From: Limisphaerales bacterium | Lineage (GTDB): Bacteria > Verrucomicrobiota > Verrucomicrobiia > Limisphaerales > SIBE01 | Direction: 5' to 3' | DNA length: 52,159 bases | Assembly (NCBI GenBank): GCA_044225505.1 | Contig: JBGAIN010000040.1 | Coordinates: forward strand, 1 to 52,159 | In this document: in pieces, positions 49,177 to 52,159 of the stretch | Layout of the letters: each line of letters opens with the position of its first letter | Position numbering within the stretch: position 1 is the stretch's first letter | The notes under the pieces: model-generated | Seen by the model: only the letters and a program-made list of their open reading frames with translations | Database searches by the model: none | Told to the model about the DNA's origin: nothing | Position numbers and translations under genes: made by a program

Positions 49177-51142
49177 CTCCAGCCATTCAACCTGTCCTCG
49201 ATGCGCTGCGAGAATTCCGCACGACGCCCCGTTCGGGCAGTGCCCCCGCTGCCTGCTGGCGCTAGGACGGGAAAGCAGGTCCACTCACGAATCAGGCAAG
49301 GATCCGGAAGGAAGGCCAGTTCGCCATTTCGGTGATTATGAGTTGCTCGAAGAGGTTGGGCGCGGTGGCATGGGGGTAGTCTATCGCGCCCGGCAAATCA
49401 GCCTTGGGCGCGACGTCGCGCTCAAACTGATCTCGGCGGGCCATCTGGCCACCGTAGAGTCGGTGAAGCGCTTCCGTCAAGAAGCGGCGTTGGCCGCCCG
49501 GCTTCACCATCCCAATATTGTCGCGGTCTACCAGGTCGGGCAGCATGAGAATCAACATTACTTTGCCATGCGCTTGGTGCCAGGGCGGCAAAACATTGGA
49601 AGCTGGGCCAAAGGACTCGTGCTTCCGCCCGCCGAACGCATGGCAGCGATCGCGACGACGATGGCAACGGTGGCTCGCGCGGTGGCCTACGCGCATGAAC
49701 AGGGAGTGGTGCACCGCGACCTTAACCTGTCGAACATTCTGATCGACGAAAAAGGAGAGCCCTGCGTCGTAGACTTCGGGATCTCACGGCTCCTCGACGG
49801 CAATACGGATCTTACACTCTCGGGCCAGGTGCTAGGGACTCCACGTTATATGGCTCCGGAGCAGACCCGGGGCGACAGCCGCGCGCTGACTCCTGCTGTG
49901 GACACCTATAGCCTCGGCGCCATTCTGTATGAACTTCTCGCCGGGCGAAAAGTCTTTGCCGGCGCTGATTTGCTCACCTTGCTTGAGCAAATCGCTGAAT
50001 CTCCGCCAGCGCCCCTCCGTCTTGGCGATCGTGGCCTGGAAGGAATCGTTTTTCGGTGCTTGGAGAAATCCCCCGCTTCGCGCTATGGCAGCGCTGCGGA
50101 ATTGGCGGACGATCTCGAGCGCTGGCTGAGCGGTCAGTCGCTTCAAACACGGCCCGCTTGGCGGTCGCGGAGTCTTGCTGAGTGGGTCCGGCGCCGCTCC
50201 GTCCGAGCGTTCCTCGCAATCTTGGTGGCGGCAGGCTGCGCGACAGCGCTGATCGTCCATATCCGTAGCAAGGGAAGGAAGATTCAGAGTGCGGCGGTGG
50301 ATGGCGCTGCTTCCAATCCGTCTCCAAGAGCGGTGGCCAATCACCCGATCAGCCCAAACGAGATGGTTGGGGACGATCGCGAAGCGATCGAGTGGCTGCA
50401 CCGCTTTCACGGGGAGCAGGGTTACTTGAATCTTCGCCGGGCGGACGACCAAACGGTTATGGTTTCGTCTGCGACTCCGCTGCCAGCCGGGGATTACGCG
50501 ATAACTCGACTGATGTTCGCCGGTTCTCCAAGAGATCCGCAGGAGTTACCGTTTTCAACCGCTGACTTCCGCAAATACACAACGACACTCCGCCAACTGG
50601 AGAATTGCTTCCTGTTCGATCTGGAACTCACCGCCGCCGACCTCGGGTTTCTTGCGCACAGTCCTCATCTCGAGGAAATCCACATCAGATCGCTTCCTGT
50701 CGGCGACAGCCTGATTCCGGCTATCGCCAAGCTCAAAAGCCTGAGTTTTTTGCACATCAGCTACAATGCGGACAGAGGCGATGAACTGACCGGACACAAC
50801 CTGGACGAGCTCGCTTCGCTCCCGTTCCTGGTTCTGGCCGATTTCACGTACACCCACTTCGATGATGTCGGTGCGGCGATTCTAGCGGAGCGCGGTCTGG
50901 AGTTGCGTCGGGTTTGGTTGGAGGGCACACACATTACGGATGCCGCCTTGCGCAGTCTCAGCCACTGCCACCTGGAGGATCTCAATCTCGCTGAAAACCC
51001 GGCACTGACCGATGCGGGTCTGGCGGATCTGGCCAAAATACCCGTGCTGAGAGTGTTAATTATTACGGGCTGTACCAACCTCACGACTGCGGGAATTGCG
51101 GCCTTCCAAAGAGCGCACCCAGCCTGCAAAATCGTGCGTTAA
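49163..51142 (+). CDS. Ser/Thr protein kinase 2: Zn ribbon, kinase, TM, leucine-rich repeats
   Basis: CPRC..CPRC, GRGGMGVVY, VALK, HRDLNLSN, DFG, GTPRYMAPE; TM; LRR (ITDAALRSL, LTDAGLADL), HPACKI end; GTG 49163 chosen by alignment with kinase 1. Confidence 0.9.
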   Translation: MPLSDSSHSTCPRCAARIPHDAPFGQCPRCLLALGRESRSTHESGKDPEGRPVRHFGDYELLEEVGRGGMGVVYRARQISLGRDVALKLISAGHLATVESVKRFRQEAALAARLHHPNIVAVYQVGQHENQHYFAMRLVPGRQNIGSWAKGLVLPPAERMAAIATTMATVARAVAYAHEQGVVHRDLNLSNILIDEKGEPCVVDFGISRLLDGNTDLTLSGQVLGTPRYMAPEQTRGDSRALTPAVDTYSLGAILYELLAGRKVFAGADLLTLLEQIAESPPAPLRLGDRGLEGIVFRCLEKSPASRYGSAAELADDLERWLSGQSLQTRPAWRSRSLAEWVRRRSVRAFLAILVAAGCATALIVHIRSKGRKIQSAAVDGAASNPSPRAVANHPISPNEMVGDDREAIEWLHRFHGEQGYLNLRRADDQTVMVSSATPLPAGDYAITRLMFAGSPRDPQELPFSTADFRKYTTTLRQLENCFLFDLELTAADLGFLAHSPHLEEIHIRSLPVGDSLIPAIAKLKSLSFLHISYNADRGDELTGHNLDELASLPFLVLADFTYTHFDDVGAAILAERGLELRRVWLEGTHITDAALRSLSHCHLEDLNLAENPALTDAGLADLAKIPVLRVLIITGCTNLTTAGIAAFQRAHPACKIVR

Positions 51143-51150
51143 AGATTTCA

Positions 51151-51185
51151 TGTAAGGAACCCGTGGGAAGGGGTGAGAACAGAGT
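51151..51185 (+). promoter_or_regulatory. Candidate ECF promoter, copy 2 (upstream of secreted-protein genes)
   Basis: TGTAAGGAAC-N11-GGTGAGAACAGAGT; 9/10 and 11/14 identical to copy 1. Confidence 0.55.
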
Positions 51186-51228
51186 GTAATCGTGATTAAC
51201 CCACGATGGTCCGGTTCCCAACCCTAAC

Positions 51229-51461
51229 ATGAAACCAACGACACGACGCGGCCTTTGGCTCGCCTCGCTGCCTTTTCTCCTGCTGTCACTCTCCGTTCGT
51301 GGACAGAATTTTGGGGGTTTCTTTGGGAAGCTGCTGTCGATCCAACCAGTCCCGTCTATAAACCTGTGTTTATAGGCTTCCTCCCCAACGGCTCGCTTCA
51401 CTTCGCCGACCCGGAATTGCCAGGCAAGCCGCAGTGTTTCGATCGCGTTTGGGTCACTTGA
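51229..51461 (+). pseudogene. Remnant of a secreted-protein gene: signal peptide plus out-of-frame C-terminal domain
   Basis: Frame from ATG 51229 gives MKPTTRRGLWLASLPFLLLSLSVRGQ (stop at 51375); another frame gives WEAAVDPTSPVYKPVFIGFLPNGSLHFADPELPGKPQCFDRVWVT*, similar to the tail of 42019..44010. Confidence 0.5.
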
Positions 51462-51498
51462 ACCTGCGAGTCAACGGCTGCCAGATAAAACTAACAAA

Positions 51499-52159
51499 AT
51501 GACCTCCAACCTTAGGATCCATCGAATTCAGCTGGCGCTCGCGGCACTAGCCGTGAGTGGCGCCCAGGCCTATGCCGGATTGAACATCATTCCCGTCTGG
51601 GACACAACCGTTACGGCGGCGCCCAATGCGGCGGACTATCAAGCCGGCTTCAATTACGCCATAGAGCAATTCACCTCGCGTTTTGCCAACGATATGACCG
51701 TCCGAGTTAAGGTCGTCCTGGGCGGAACGGGAGGCAGCAGCGGCGCTGCCTTCACGACCGCCTACACCTACTCTGAGATAAGAGATGCTTTGATCGCGCG
51801 CACGTCGATCGCAGCCGCTGGCCTTCCGGTCGACGATCCGGTCTCCGAGGATCACGTCTATGCCCTGACGGTGGCGAATGCTCTGGCGCTCGGCTTGCCG
51901 AACCGGGACGTCGATACCAAGCTGACTGAAAATGATGCCACCCTCGCTGGCATCATTACCTTGGAAGGGAACGATGCCTACCGGTTTGATCCCGCCGATC
52001 CCAATCCTGCGACCGCTGTCGGCGTCGACTTTGTCGGCACGGCGGAACACGAAATATCCGAGATCCTAGGCCGAACCCAGGGCAACTTCCCCTCCGAGTT
52101 GTTGCCAAACGACCTCTACCGCTTCACCGCCCCCGGGGTTCGGGGTCTCACCCCGAATG
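51499..52159 (+). CDS. Secreted metalloprotease-like protein (NF038122-like, HEISE motif), 3' truncated
   Basis: Hand-translated open frame from ATG 51499 to the window end: signal peptide, LTVANALALGL, DFVGTAEHEISEILGR, PNDLYRF; missing from the ORF track (no stop in window). Confidence 0.8.
   Translation, partial: MTSNLRIHRIQLALAALAVSGAQAYAGLNIIPVWDTTVTAAPNAADYQAGFNYAIEQFTSRFANDMTVRVKVVLGGTGGSSGAAFTTAYTYSEIRDALIARTSIAAAGLPVDDPVSEDHVYALTVANALALGLPNRDVDTKLTENDATLAGIITLEGNDAYRFDPADPNPATAVGVDFVGTAEHEISEILGRTQGNFPSELLPNDLYRFTAPGVRGLTPN

Noticed and set aside
51547..52050. 167 aa minus-strand ORF
   Set aside because: Shadow of the plus-strand metalloprotease frame starting at 51499

Overview
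Chromosomal window of a GC-rich bacterium, most likely Verrucomicrobiota (Pedosphaerales/Limisphaerales-like). The lineage call is inferred from the Minf_1886-type gene, the prepilin/H-X9-DG gene, the FxTTRW-type ECF sigma with kinases and the C-terminal '..F.D.....R.YR' domains. Left half is mostly housekeeping: rhomboid, HAD, ffs-dnaX-ybaB-recR, M16 peptidase, leuS, surA-pdxA. It also holds an aroF-eboD-eboF unit preceded by a Phe/Trp/Tyr leader-peptide attenuator that is absent from the ORF track. The centre is a 12.5 kb co-oriented operon: ABC permease, three SPFH (HflK/HflC-like) genes, an atypical P1B heavy-metal ATPase, ABC ATPase, second permease, a frameshifted helical membrane-anchored protein and mqnC. 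There is no ftsH in the window, and this operon is the best candidate for an undescribed system. Then come metY and a metX-metW fusion, small genes, secreted Ig-domain and beta-propeller proteins, an SDR and a LysM protein. The window ends with an ECF sigma plus twin Ser/Thr kinases, a repeated bipartite promoter-like motif, a gene remnant and a truncated HExxE metalloprotease. No tRNA, rRNA, CRISPR or transposase was seen. Several local indels suggest imperfect (long-read-type) consensus. Family calls come from motif recognition only; no searches were run.
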